From Enoplolaimus lenunculus (Eukaryota): DNA of 64,000 bases. The position numbers and the translations under genes are program-made. The notes below the pieces were generated by a model. It was not told where the DNA came from and searched no databases. It saw nothing but the letters and a program-made list of their open reading frames with translations. This document shows positions 13,861 through 25,590 of the stretch, piece after piece; position 1 is the stretch's first letter; the number at the start of each line of letters is the position of its first letter. The DNA is taken from the NCBI GenBank assembly GCA_030248215.1, contig JASANG010002509.1, forward strand, positions 124,001-188,000, in the 5' to 3' direction.

Positions 13861-14000
13861 AGCTTAAGCTTAAGCTTAGGCTTAGGCTTAGGCTTAGGCT
13901 TAGGCTTAGGCTTAGGCTTAGGCTTAGGCTTAGGCTTAGGCTTAGGCTTAGGCTTAGGCTTAGGCTTAGGCTTAGGCTTAGGCTTAGGCTTAGGCTTAGG
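13861..14000 (+). repeat. Interstitial telomere-type array (TTAGGC)n
   Basis: 20 perfect TTAGGC plus TTAGG (13876-14000), preceded by TTAAGC variants; no MITE TIRs next to it. Confidence 0.95.
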
Positions 14001-14082
14001 AACCACAGAAATATACTTGGTAACCAAAGGTATTATGCGCTTTAGCTCTACAGGTTCTTTACGTCTTTGCATATATCGATAG

Positions 14083-15306
14083 CTAAAAATACGCATATAC
14101 TTCTTGTAACTGGCATACTGTATAACTCAAATTGCGAACCGCAAAAACAACCATCAAAAAAATTAAAATAACAGCGTACAATTGCAACGTTGGTCTTAAC
14201 TGGTTCAAATCAACAGCTAACGCCATATCTTGTGAAACCAATTTAAGATCTTGTATCGTGTTCATCGGATAACTGCCCGCGAGTCGCAGTTTGGTTTCAA
14301 CTCCAACTTCTTGCAAATACAGTAACCCGTAAATAATTGCATTTTTAACCGTCGCTGACAACGGTTTCCGTATTAAACCGGTACGTGGGAAAATTGGCGA
14401 ATTGATTCGTGATAACTTATCTGGTATGAACACTAACGATTTTCGCATTATTGATCGGTGTTGACCAAAAAACGCAACGCTTGCTGCAGTATTATATATA
14501 AAATATTTGGTATTGCGTGCAACAAATAAATACTCTTCGACTTCCGTGTCAAAAGTTAACGGTGGGTACGCGGTGAAAGCGCCCTTGATCAACTTGTATT
14601 CGATTGTTTCTGCTCTAGCGACTAACTCGCTAAATAGAGTTGGTTCGTTGATCGTTGTAGCTCGAAATTGACTCGACATAATGTGACTCGCTGCGTGCGG
14701 TAAATTATCAAACGGTTCGGCGTAACTTTTAATTTGATGTTTAAGTAACCTACTTGAAAACGCACCACAGAGTGTAAGTTGACCAAACGCATCGGCTATA
14801 CCAAAAATATATCTATGGTACGACCGTAAACACCACCAACTATGACCAGCAGCTAGTAAATTTTCAGTGATTTTATGAGTCAATTGAGACAAAATTCTTG
14901 AAACTATAATTAATATCCAAACTGACGTTGAAAATATTGTCGTCCAGTTTAAATTTGTAATTTGAACAACGTCGTTAATATTAAATACAAAGCCTGTTTG
15001 TGGTTGAACGAATGATGGCATAAATGTTGTTCCGGTGACCATTGCCAGCTCAGGATTTCCGTACGGCATTGTTATGTCAGCGTACGATTCGCTTAAAGTA
15101 TACAATACTTGATTTGTGATTATGGTCGAGCGATTGGTTTCGTTCGCTGATGCGAGTGGAACAAAAATGTACGGAATGCGAAGAAATTGAAATAAAAGTT
15201 TCATCAATTCAACTTCGTACGTTGTCCCTTGACAATCATTATTATAGTAGCAAATAGAAGCATTGTCGCTTTTAAAATCATAATCCAACGCAAGTATACG
15301 AATCAT
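14083..15306 (-). CDS. Intronless divergent ionotropic glutamate receptor / IR-like protein (paralog A)
   Basis: 407-aa ORF; S1-like (YEVELMKLL...ADITM...TF), pre-M1/M1 (IFSTSVWILII), M3-like helix followed by EPFDNL, S2 end LLYLQEVGVETKL, M4 hydrophobic helix; collinear with the paralog at 27228. Confidence 0.85.
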   Translation of the reverse strand: MIRILALDYDFKSDNASICYYNNDCQGTTYEVELMKLLFQFLRIPYIFVPLASANETNRSTIITNQVLYTLSESYADITMPYGNPELAMVTGTTFMPSFVQPQTGFVFNINDVVQITNLNWTTIFSTSVWILIIVSRILSQLTHKITENLLAAGHSWWCLRSYHRYIFGIADAFGQLTLCGAFSSRLLKHQIKSYAEPFDNLPHAASHIMSSQFRATTINEPTLFSELVARAETIEYKLIKGAFTAYPPLTFDTEVEEYLFVARNTKYFIYNTAASVAFFGQHRSIMRKSLVFIPDKLSRINSPIFPRTGLIRKPLSATVKNAIIYGLLYLQEVGVETKLRLAGSYPMNTIQDLKLVSQDMALAVDLNQLRPTLQLYAVILIFLMVVFAVRNLSYTVCQLQEVYAYF

Positions 15307-15367
15307 TTTTAAGTGTATTTAAAATTATCTTCAAATTAGATTCGCTAAAATCGCCTAGCTATGTTCT

Positions 15368-15666
15368 GGCCCATGTATAGAACAGGGCCGGATCGTTTTC
15401 CGGAGAGGCTATAATAGAGTCAGTTTGAGCTTTAGACTAAATTTTTTGCTTAGGTTTAGGTTTAGGGTTAGGCTTAGGCTTAGGAACAGGAACAGGCTCA
15501 TCCATACGCTTAACCTTAGGCTTCGGCTTAAGCTTAAGCTTAGGCTTAGACTTAGACTTAGGCTTAGGCTTAGGCTTAGGCTTAAGCTTAGACTTAGACT
15601 TAGGCTTAGGCTAAGGCTTAGGAATATGCTTATAATACTGTTCCGGCCCTGTTCTATACATGGGCC
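15368..15666 (-). mobile_element. GGCC-TIR telomere-repeat MITE, subfamily B
   Basis: TIR GGCCCATGTATAGAACAGGGCCGG at both ends; TSD CTATGTTCT/CTATGTTAT. Confidence 0.9.
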
Positions 15667-15862
15667 CTATGTTATTAACAAAAATTGAATATAGCTGCCA
15701 TATTGAAATTAATAATTTTGTTGAGATATATTATATAATTTTTTGTTGCAAATATACTAAAGTAAGCAGTGGTACTGTTAATTTTAGACCCAAAATCGTT
15801 TCGAAAAAAGACTGGAAATTAACAAATTAATTGAACTCGTTTACGACTACATTCTTGACAGG

Positions 15863-16033
15863 CACGCCTGTAGCCAGCTCACCCTGCTAGAGGGGGCTAA
15901 AAAACTTTTCAGGAGCAGCATTCAAGGGTTTTTAATGACTTACAAGCAAAGTTGAAAATTTTATGGGGGGGGGGGGCAAAATTATTCCAGTGAGGACTGA
16001 GCTCCCTCTTGCTCCCCTTTGACTATGAGTAAA
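15863..16033 (+). mobile_element. hAT-like MITE (CAGGCCCGTAGCCAG family)
   Basis: TSD TTGACAGG on both sides. Confidence 0.8.
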
Positions 16034-17135
16034 TTGACAGGTCTACACTCAAACCCGTAGAGACAGGATGGCAAGGGTAACTCAGTACCGCAAGGAAACG
16101 TTCAATGTTGCTTGTAAGCCATTTGAAATTCTTGTATGTCCGGCTTTATAATTAACTTTCCTACTAAGGAACCGGATACGAGTTTAGTCATACAGTTTTA
16201 CAACTTTTGTCGGTTTGATTTTCGTAAATGGCAAAATGTAATAATATAATTTCGACAATGCGACTATAAGGTATGCAAAACTCTGGCATTTATCAGGATA
16301 ACAAAATTGACAAACATTAATAAGTAATCATATCTTGAACAAATATTGGTTAATACTTAATATACAGTCACATCACAGCCGCAATGCATCTTCACACCTT
16401 TTCTTCAAAGTTCAGTGTGCCCGTATTCTCAAATGGTTACAGCATATATTAGCAGTTGGCGATAGGTTTTCAAATCCGCTCTAAATTCCAGCAATCTTGA
16501 ACATTACAACTATCAGCGATAAACGTAGGTTGTTTGCCGATGGGTGATCATGATCAATGAATCAAAAACTTGTTTTCTGTACAAAATCATGATAGTTCAG
16601 CTCGAATATTGACACATTTCTTTATGATTTCATCGCAGTTTGCCTTTTGAATGTCATTCAGAAAAACTTGTGAAACATATTGTTCCAAGCCAACGAAAAA
16701 TATAACAGCGAAAACTTTCTTCAAATGGTATATGATAAGCTGAACTCCCAAAAATTGCAGTTGAAATGAGTATGAAAAGTATTGCCGCGTGCATGAGCCT
16801 AATTTAGGCAGATCGATAATCTTAGCAACCTGCTTTATTTGTGAGATATCCTACCTATGGTTTGTGATACAGCGATGACATTTACCAGCCATTTCAATAG
16901 TTTCACAAATTTGTCAAAGTATATAAACGTCGTTGCACACAGAAGGGTCTGGTGGTTCGCATCCTAACTAAAACTGAGATGATGTCAAATGAAATAGAAA
17001 ATATTCATTCTACAAATGATTAATATATCTCGTTAACATTAGCTGATCAAAATCCAACGTGAATACAATGTAAGTTGTGTTTTAAAACTGTTATTATTAT
17101 TATTATTATTATTGTTGTTGTTGTTGTTGTTTTAG

Positions 17136-17257
17136 TATTATCAATCATTTGAACCGCTGTGGAGAAAAATATCCTGAATGTAAGCAAAATTTCAACGCAG
17201 GTCGGCCGCAATCGTCGAACAGCGTCGTTGAAGTATTCGACATTCTTTGCGATAAAG
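17136..17257 (+). CDS. Secreted Cys-rich protein, exon 3 of 5
   Basis: Acceptor TTTTAG|, donor AAG|GTAAGT; IINHLNRCGEKYPECKQNFNAGRPQSSNSVVEVFDILCDK; phases match both neighbours. Confidence 0.85.
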
Positions 17258-17665
17258 GTAAGTTGGCTTGTATACGCTTTGACAACTTTTTAGGTTAGAG
17301 CTTAGGCTCAGGACTAAAACTAGGAAATGGCTTAGATAAAGGCTTGGGTTTAGGTAAGTTTTCTTTTTCATAAACCTAAGCCTAAGTGGACGCCTGAGCC
17401 TATAAGTCTATGATTGCGAGGGTAAAGTGTACACGGGCGGGTATAATGCGTAACTTAAATTTGAACAACCTTAAACGGTTTAAATACCGGTAGAATTTGA
17501 CGAGGCTACAAATTTAGTTCGAGATAAAAATTCAATTTCAACACAATTTGACCTCCTCAAATCAACCTATGTCTAAATGTTAAATATTCGGTTTTTAGAT
17601 GTGTTGCGGTTTGGTAGCTAAAATGTTTTAGCAAGCTGCTAAGCTTCTTTATACCACTCAAGCTA

Positions 17666-18109
17666 CTGTAGTGACCCGAATCAAAGGGTGGGGGACTGAT
17701 ATTTATTTGGGCTCTCCAGAGGGTACCAACCTGTTATTCGGTTACGGACTGATATTTATTTTTAACCCACCCTCCGCGGCGCTTCGTTACTGATATATAC
17801 AGTATTGCAACTATCCGTGGACGTAAACGTTTATTTGTCTTGTATCAAAATCTTGAGCGATAATGCAAAATTATACTAAGGAATGTACTTTCAAAACTTA
17901 AGTATGCTTTAAAGTTTTGAACTCAACTTTGTTTGGTCTGGAGTCACTTAATATGCACTACATTTAGGGATAATTGACATTTATGGACTCTTATGGTTCG
18001 GGACTCTATCCGCTTACGGACTTTTATTATTGATACTGCCTCTTATTGATTGGGACTCAAAATGGGGACCCCGTTTTTCATTACCCCCTTCTTATTCGGG
18101 TCACTACAG
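17666..18109. mobile_element. TA-flanked ~440-bp MITE
   Basis: TA|CTGTAGTGACCCGAAT ... ATTCGGGTCACTACAG. Confidence 0.85.
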
Positions 18110-18184
18110 TGCAACATTTGGGCTATTTTTTATTGCAACATTGGTATTTTGCATTTTTATACGAAACTATTTTGTTTATTTCAG

Positions 18185-18329
18185 ATTTTCTTGACGATCA
18201 CTTTCCATGTATCATATCAAAAATGACTGACAAAAACGTATGTCTTTGGAACGCCAGTGATCCACGTACGAAGCAAATTATGCAGTCGGCGGCGAATCAG
18301 TTTGAAATTAGCGAGGATACATTTTGCAG
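18185..18329 (+). CDS. Secreted Cys-rich protein, exon 4 of 5
   Basis: Acceptor TTTCAG|, donor CAG|GTTAGT; FLDDHFPCIISKMTDKNVCLWNASDPRTKQIMQSAANQFEISEDTFC (part of ORF 18046-18516). Confidence 0.85.
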
Positions 18330-18353
18330 GTTAGTTTTCATTATATATTCATT

Positions 18354-18880
18354 GGCCAATGTAAAGAACACGGGCGGAACAGTATTTATACGCATATTCC
18401 TAAAGCCTAATCCTAAGCCTAAGCGTAAGCGTAAGAATGAACATATTCCTAAGCCTAAGCCTAAACGTAAGCCTACGCAACAGTATTATATGCATATTCC
18501 TAACGCCTTAGCCTAAGCCTAAGCCTAAACCTGAGCCTACGAAACAGTATTATATGCATGTTCCTAAAGCCGAAGTCTAAGCCTAAGCCTAAACCTAAGC
18601 GTACGGAACAGTATTATTAGCATATTCCTAAGGCCTCAACCTAAGCCTAAGCCTAAGCGTAAAAGAAAGAGTTTATTTCTAAGCCTAAGCCTAAGTATAT
18701 ACGTAAGAATGAGCATATTCCTAAACCTAAGCCTAAACCTAAGCCTACGGAACAGTATTATAAGCATATTCCTAAGCCTAAGCCTAAGCCTAAGCCAATC
18801 AAAAAATTAGTCCAAAGCTTAAGGTTACTCTATTCTCGTCCCACATAAAAAATTCTCCGCCCCTGATCTTTACATGTGCC
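18354..18880 (+). mobile_element. GGCC-TIR telomere-repeat MITE, subfamily A (internally expanded)
   Basis: TIRs, perfect TSD TATTCATT, several internal CAGTATTAT..CCTAAG units. Confidence 0.9.
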
Positions 18881-19898
18881 TATTCATTTTAGGGTTGTCT
18901 ACGATCGAAGATATAGGTCTAGAGAGAGATTAATATAAAATTTGGCCGGTCCACAAAACGTGTCATTTGCCCAAGACTAATAACCACTTGTTAAACTATG
19001 CATAAATATAATTTTGCGTTGACCCAACCTCAATGTGTGCTACAATTTGCTCGGTGCCAATCGTTGAGGTAGGGTTAACGAGTGGCACAGCTTGCAAAAA
19101 ACACTGTTGACTCTGCCTCAACGCGTGTCAAAAACTTGCTTGTTACGCGAATTGAGGTAGGGTCAACAGTACATTTTTGTTGACGTAGGTTTAACCAGTG
19201 GTTGTTAGCCATCGGCTAGGACACCGTTTATTGTCTGGTCCAATTATATATTGTGAACGGTGAAATATGCAACTTCCACAATAACATGCGTACACCAGGT
19301 GACTTTTGAGGGGGTAGTGTCTTGGACACTGAAGCATTTTTTGCTTCAGTAAGCTTTTTGGCTTCAACGTCCAGGATACTGAAGCATTAAAGTATTAATA
19401 TACATTTGAAAATCATTTTAAACTACTATGTAACAGGATCGGCAGAAGCCGCGTTTTCTGCAATTTTTGCAGTTTATTTTTTGCTTTATTCTTCACAGAC
19501 TCCTGGTCAACCCTTGTTTAGAATGAAATTTAAAGCCAAAATTCAACACTATTCTCATTGTACGCTATATATGTGCCAAATTTGTGAGAGAATAAATTGT
19601 AAGACACCGCAAATTTTTTTCAAATATGCATTGTATTCGGGCCATATATTTCATCTACTGGTAAATGGAACATATTTTGACCATTTTATAGGCAATTAGC
19701 ATTGCAAAGTTTTTGCCTGGACTAATTTGAGGTGCATTTTATGGCGTTTTATTTAAATGGGAATCAATGTTTGTGCTATAATATCGAACAGTCGATGCTT
19801 TTAATACTTGCAAATACTTGTGTTACATTTCACACGCTATTTTCAGCTAACAAGACATATTGTTAGCATTTGATAAATGATTTGTATTGCAAAATTAT

Positions 19899-20107
19899 GG
19901 CCCATGTATAAAACATGGCCGGAACAGCAGTATAAGCGTATGCCTAAGCGTAACTCTAAGCCTAAACCCAAAGCCTAAACAAAAAAAACTGGTCAAAAAC
20001 TTAAACTGACTATAAGCCTAAGCCTAAGCAAAAAATAGTCTAAAGCTGCAACTGACTCTATTATAGCGCCTCCGGAAAACGATCCGGCCTTGTTCTATAC
20101 ATGGGCC
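19899..20107 (+). mobile_element. GGCC-TIR telomere-repeat MITE, subfamily B
   Basis: TIRs, perfect TSD AAAATTAT. Confidence 0.9.
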
Positions 20108-20164
20108 AAAATTATTTAGGCAAAAAGTTTTGGTTTGTATTTATTAATTCGTATTGTTTTATAG

Positions 20165-20444
20165 TGCGCTCAATTTTTACCTGTCATGTATCGAAGAACC
20201 AGTCCGACAACACTGTGGCGTTCGAGCAGCACGAGCGATCGTCAACGTTCTATACTATTCGGCACGTTTTGCACCAAACTGTGTTATTGTGAACCATGTT
20301 AAACCTTCTGGACCAATGTATTACACAAGTGACACAGGAACATCAACGTTTCATTCGGTTGAATCTCATTTGAATCGGCTGTTTTATATACTCGGGTATT
20401 GTTTTATTATTGTAATGTATCATATATTAACGCTATGCTGTTGA
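20165..20444 (+). CDS. Secreted Cys-rich protein, exon 5 of 5 (C-terminal hydrophobic, GPI-signal-like tail)
   Basis: Acceptor TTTTATAG|; ALNFYLSCIEEPVRQHCGVRAARAIVNVLYYSARFAPNC, then a Ser/Thr linker and hydrophobic end LFYILGYCFIIVMYHILTLCC-stop; spliced CDS 747 nt, 248 aa. Confidence 0.85.
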
Positions 20445-20699
20445 AATTAAAAGTATTCGCTTTTTTTTTATTTATCAAGAAAACTGCCGATAATAACGAA
20501 AATAAAACATGGTACGTGTTATTTGGGCTTATGGTTCATTACAAAGTCTAACCTTTACACAGTAGCAGCGCCGCAAGATGTAGCCGGATACCCGTTTCCG
20601 CTTTCGGCAAAAAATCTGTGTCCATCTTCGTTTATGAACGTACCGGAAATTGCGTTTATATTTTATGCTCATAGTTGTAATTTATGTTATGAAATCATT

Positions 20700-21403
20700 C
20701 AATTATATACGGTTTTGTGGCAAGTAATGCCTAATCATTTAAACATTGGAAACTTTGTTTTTTTAAAAAAATTGTTATTTCGACATGAGAGTTTTTCACA
20801 ATTACTTTAATTTTGTTAATAAACTGTTTCTGTTGTGCTTTCGCAAAACATGATGATGTAATAGCTGAACATTTGTTTAAGCCGTTTTTTGGCTTTTTTT
20901 CTAAAACGTCCAACAGTAAATTCGGTAATGAAAATTATTTCAATTTCCTGTTCCTGTTCCATCAAAATTTAATCCCTGTTGGAATCCTGATATATATAAT
21001 ATATGAATAAACGTTGCCGAAACAGGAACAGGAACAGGAACCGAAATTTAAAATAATTTTCAACACCGAATTACTACTGTTTTACGTATTAGTAATCCCG
21101 TCAAAAACGTGCCTAACGCAAAGTTTTTAGAGATTTTTTTCTCGTTTTCATCATTCCTATAAAATTTCTCGCAAAATATTTTAATTTAACAAATTATCAG
21201 CTAAAAGTAACAGGACGAAAGGCATGAAGTCCGCTAAGTTATACTAACAACTACAAAATTTTTAATGTTTAAATAATTTGACACATCACCGTAAAAAATT
21301 TCAATTCCTGCATCTTTGAATACAAGAAGAGAAACAGGAACAATAACAGGAATTGAATTTTTGTAGGAATTCCAGTCGAAACAGGAATTTCGGTTGAACC
21401 CTG
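20700..21403. mobile_element. Two back-to-back AACAGG-rich hAT-like fragments
   Basis: Inverted copies meeting at a TA-rich stretch near 21000; ends GGTTGAACCCTG. Confidence 0.6.
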
Positions 21404-21864
21404 ATGAGTATAGCATAAGTCAAGAGATATGTTCAATGAAAAGCATGAAATTCAACGAACGAAATGTTTAAGATTAAAAATGTAAAATTTGAAATTAAAG
21501 TAAAATTTAATGACTGTCATTGAACATATCTCTTGTTCGTCTATGTATTAAAGCTGGAACGTCTTACATACGTATTTTTGCAACTTTCCAGCCATTATAC
21601 CTTGTTCACAATAATTTCATTGGAAATACACGTGATTGTTGTATGGAAAGACATTTGCATTGAAATTTTTTGTGCATTCGCTAACGTTTGCGCATTGCGC
21701 AAAACTGACAGACTAGTATTCGTTATACACAAACATGTATACAGGCGGAGTACTGGTGTAGGCTATTAAGCTTGTATTTTAAGCTTGATGTTACATAATA
21801 GTTTAACATTAACTAAAAATGACGTTTATTTTAAGGTAATTTAAACTCTTTTATGGAAACGTGG

Positions 21865-22009
21865 GGCCCATGTTACTTTAAAGGGCGTCGAGGTTTCTCG
21901 TGGGTCTATAAAAGAGCAGGTTTAGATTGTAGATTACATTATTTTTGCTTAGGCTTAGGCTTAGGAATACGCTTAATGCACTGTTACGCCCCTTAAAGTA
22001 ACATTGGCC
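21865..22009 (-). mobile_element. GGCC-TIR telomere-repeat MITE, subfamily C
   Basis: GGCCCATGTTACTTTA ... TAAAGTAACATTGGCC. Confidence 0.8.
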
Positions 22010-22325
22010 AAACAACTTGGAATAGTTTTCCGAGTATAAATTTCTTAATTTGGTTAAATCCTTATTTGCTGTTAAGTAATGCAGAATCATTAACTTTGTA
22101 AGCATTTTTCGCTGCGGGATATATTTTGAGGTGCTTAAAACTGCTATTTTGGGTATTATTAATATATTTTATTGCTTAGAATATAAAATTGTCATAATAT
22201 AAAATTTAATATATAGTATCTCGTGGGGAACGAGTCTGAAGTACTGTTGCTAGTAAACTCTTTTATTCATATTCTCAAATGTATGCATCACCTATCATCA
22301 GTGGGTAATAGTCCTTGTAAATTTT

Positions 22326-22515
22326 GACCAATGAAAAGAACAGGGGCGGAACAGTATTATAAGCATATTCCTAAGCCTAAGCTTAAGCCAAAGCCTAAGC
22401 ATAAGAATGAGCATATTCTTAAACCTAAGCCTAAGCAAAGCAATAAATGGCCGTTCCGCCCCTGATCTTTACATGGGCCTAAATGGCCGTTCCGCACCTG
22501 ATCTTTACATGGGCC
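22326..22515 (+). mobile_element. GGCC-TIR MITE, subfamily A, with duplicated right end
   Basis: Right TIR present twice in tandem; TSD TAAATTTT/TAAATTTC. Confidence 0.8.
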
Positions 22516-22874
22516 TAAATTTCAAACCAAAGCATAGAGACTTTCGAAGTATTGCCACATGCTTCACTTTGAATTACTCCTGCTTGTGAGTGGAACTTAA
22601 CATCTGAATCTGCCACAGTAGCGGTGGGTTTTATGAACAGTTGAGGACACAGACGAATACTGAACCAGTTACGGATTGTTCACAAATTGAGATCTAGCAA
22701 ACCAAAACGATATTTTGACGTATTCTCTTGACCCACGCTTGCCAGATTGGAAGCATTTTTTGTTTTATACTCCTCAACAAGAATGGAATTCACTCACAGG
22801 CACCCAAAAGGCCCCTTAGATGCGCACCCTGAAGGATACGGTTCCTTGGTGTAGACCTCGTTTTGGGTGACACT

Positions 22875-23118
22875 TGACATTGAAGCATTTTTGCTTCAAC
22901 GTTCAGGATACTGAAGCTTTTTTGGCTTTAGTGTCCAAGACACTACACCCAAAAAAGCTTCAGTATCCTGAACGTTGAAGCCAAAATGCTTCAATGTCCG
23001 GGACACTAAAGCATTTTTGCTTCAACGTTCAGGATACTGAAGCTTTTTTGGCTTTAGTGTCCAAGACACTGCACCCTCAAATGTCACCAGGTGTACGCAT
23101 GTTATTGTGGAAGTTGCG
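22875..23118. repeat. Direct and inverted GACACTGAAGC-type repeats, inverted counterpart of 19268-19388
   Basis: Three internal ~60-bp copies in alternating orientation plus an end matching 19268. Confidence 0.75.
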
Positions 23119-23248
23119 TAAAAACTGTTTCCTGCCTGGCAAATAATGTCCCCTTATCAAATTCTACGTACAGTGTTGCACCTCCCAGGGTGCTGTCTCA
23201 AAAATATGCTGGCTGTTATTTCAATTATAACCACAGTATGCTTATGCA

Positions 23249-23443
23249 GGTCAATGTTACTTTAGGGCCGTAACAGTAAATTAAGCGTATTCGTAAGCCT
23301 AAGCCAAAGCCTAAGCGTTGCAAAAGCGTATTTCTAAGCCTAAGCGTAAGCCTAAGCCTAAGCAAAAAAATGTAGTCTACAATGTAAGCCTACTCTTTTA
23401 CAGACCATCAGAAACCGGGACGACATTAAAAGTAACATGGGCC
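23249..23443 (+). mobile_element. GGCC-TIR telomere-repeat MITE, subfamily C
   Basis: TIRs; TSD CTTATGCA/CCTATACA. Confidence 0.8.
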
Positions 23444-23617
23444 CCTATACAAATGACATGCTTAATATAACACTTACTTCATTTCAAAGCTGATATCAAA
23501 CTATTGGCAATGTTTCGATTTTACGAAAAGTGCAACTTTGTTGAGACAATGGTAAATCTGCATCTGAATTAAAATTAAATTTAAATTATATTATTTAAAA
23601 TGTGCTTAAATCGTTCA

Positions 23618-24035
23618 GTGTAGTGACCCGAATAAGAAGGGGGACTGATATCTATTTGGCCTCTCAACACTGTATTCCTTCTGTTATTCAGTTACGGACT
23701 GTTATTTATTGTTAACCCACCCTTCATTACTGATATATATCCGATATTGCAACTATCCGTTGAATTAAACGTTTGTTTGTCTTGTATCAAAACCTTGAGC
23801 GATAATGCATATGTACTTTCAAAATTTAAGTATGCTTTAAAGTTCCGAACTCAATTTTATTTAGTCCTGGAGTCATTTATACACTGCAATTTGAGATAAT
23901 TGACATTTTTGGCCTCTAATTATGGTTTTGGGACTCTATCCGCTTACGAACTCTCATTACGGATACGGACTCCTATTGAATGGGACTCAAAATGGGGACA
24001 ACTTCTTTCCCCCTTCTTATTCGGGTCAGATACAA
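23618..24035. mobile_element. TA-flanked ~440-bp MITE
   Basis: Same TIRs and body. Confidence 0.8.
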
Positions 24036-24555
24036 TAAATGCCTAAAGCTGATGCTTATTTAAGTAGCTGGTAAGCTAATGTTGTTCTTTAATATAAAAT
24101 TATTACAGTTTTATATTAGGAAAAATGTTGAAGTTAAATAATAATTTCTTTAGAAATATTGCTAAAAAATTGCTCATTTTGATGCTAAAAACATAAATAA
24201 ATTCTAACTTAAGCAGTACCATATAGAAGCCTTCCACAGAAATTTTTCGGCGGTTAAGTTTATAAAATAACGAATTTAGTTTACATTATACCTCAGAATA
24301 TACTTTTTAGACGTAGTCGGGCGATAAGATGTCTGTTTGTATCAATTTTGCATCAAGTTAAATAGCGAAATATCCGTATATTTTAGTATTGATACGTTTT
24401 AAAATACAACATATTGTGATGTGTTTAAAACTTGTGCATTCAATTGCACCGGTATAACATTTTGAAGTTAGAGTACTTTTACCTTTTCGGTGCTGCAACA
24501 TTTGCCTTTTAGATAAAATTGGTAAACCGCTTAACGATATTTCAATAATGAAATG

Positions 24556-24878
24556 ATCCCATGTATAGATCAGGGCCGGAACAGTAGTATAAGAGTATTC
24601 CTAGGCCGAAGCCTAAACCTAAGCCTAAGACTAAGCCTAAGCATAAATATGAGCGTATTCCTAAGCCTAAGCCTAAACCTAAGCCTAAGCCTAAGCCTAA
24701 GCATAAATATGAGCGTATTCCTAAGCCTAAGCCTAAACCTAAGCCTAAGCATAAATATGAGCGTATTCCTAAGCCTAAGCCTAAGCCTAAACCTAAGGAA
24801 AAAAGTAAGTCAAAAGCTTAAACTGACTCTATTACAGCCCCGCCAGAAAACGATCCGGCCCTGTTCTATACATAGGCC
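24556..24878 (+). mobile_element. GGCC-TIR telomere-repeat MITE, subfamily B
   Basis: TIRs, perfect TSD ATGAAATG, 3-4 internal GCATAAATATGAGCGTATT+CCTAAG units. Confidence 0.9.
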
Positions 24879-25590
24879 ATGAAATGTATCTACATAACAG
24901 ATAACACTAGTGAATACCGATTAGGGCGTGAGGCTCCTCTGTTATGTCTTTAAACACGCCAGTTTGTTCCACATGCACTTTTTTGTAGGGTTGTTTGTTT
25001 TTCGCCGATGTATAGAACAGGACCGTAACAGTAGAATAAGCACGTTTTTTAACCTGAGCCTAAGCCTTAAAGCGTATGAATGAGCTTACACATAATTCAC
25101 GTTATGATTGGGGCAGTCAGGTCTCGTTTTGTCACATGTTGATTTAACATCAACACAAATTTCTGCTATCATCATATGATACGGTCAGACAAAACTGGAA
25201 TATCAAATGAGATTGCTATACAAAGCACGGGCGCACAGGTTATCTGAACATACAAGTATTCGAATGTCACGTGACACTATCAGACAACATGGTGAATATC
25301 ATATGATATTCCAAATTAATAACGGCATGGACGCCCCTCAGAGTAACATGGGCCATTTTTTGAAGGATTCCTTCAATGAAGAGATACGTGAAACTTATTT
25401 ATTTAAGGACTATTTTGGCCAGAAAAACCACATCATCAATTCCGTATTTTGTACAATAGGCAAGATATCAGTTACCGTTAGGTTTGCAATGGCATCATTG
25501 TTCTGGTAGGAAACTACTACACAACCTGCTGTTTCTGTTGTTTATTTAGCAAAATTATTATACGTTTAGGCTAACGTTTTATTTACGTTC

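Noticed and set aside
13861..14000. True chromosome end or misjoin
   Set aside because: The array is short and lies within a phase-consistent intron whose exons continue on both sides
13764..14096. PKPKPK, LGLG and RLRL ORFs
   Set aside because: Translations of the telomeric array
22690..22820. LINE ORF2 C-terminal relic (…EWNSLT)
   Set aside because: Single short motif, no tail or further RT similarity
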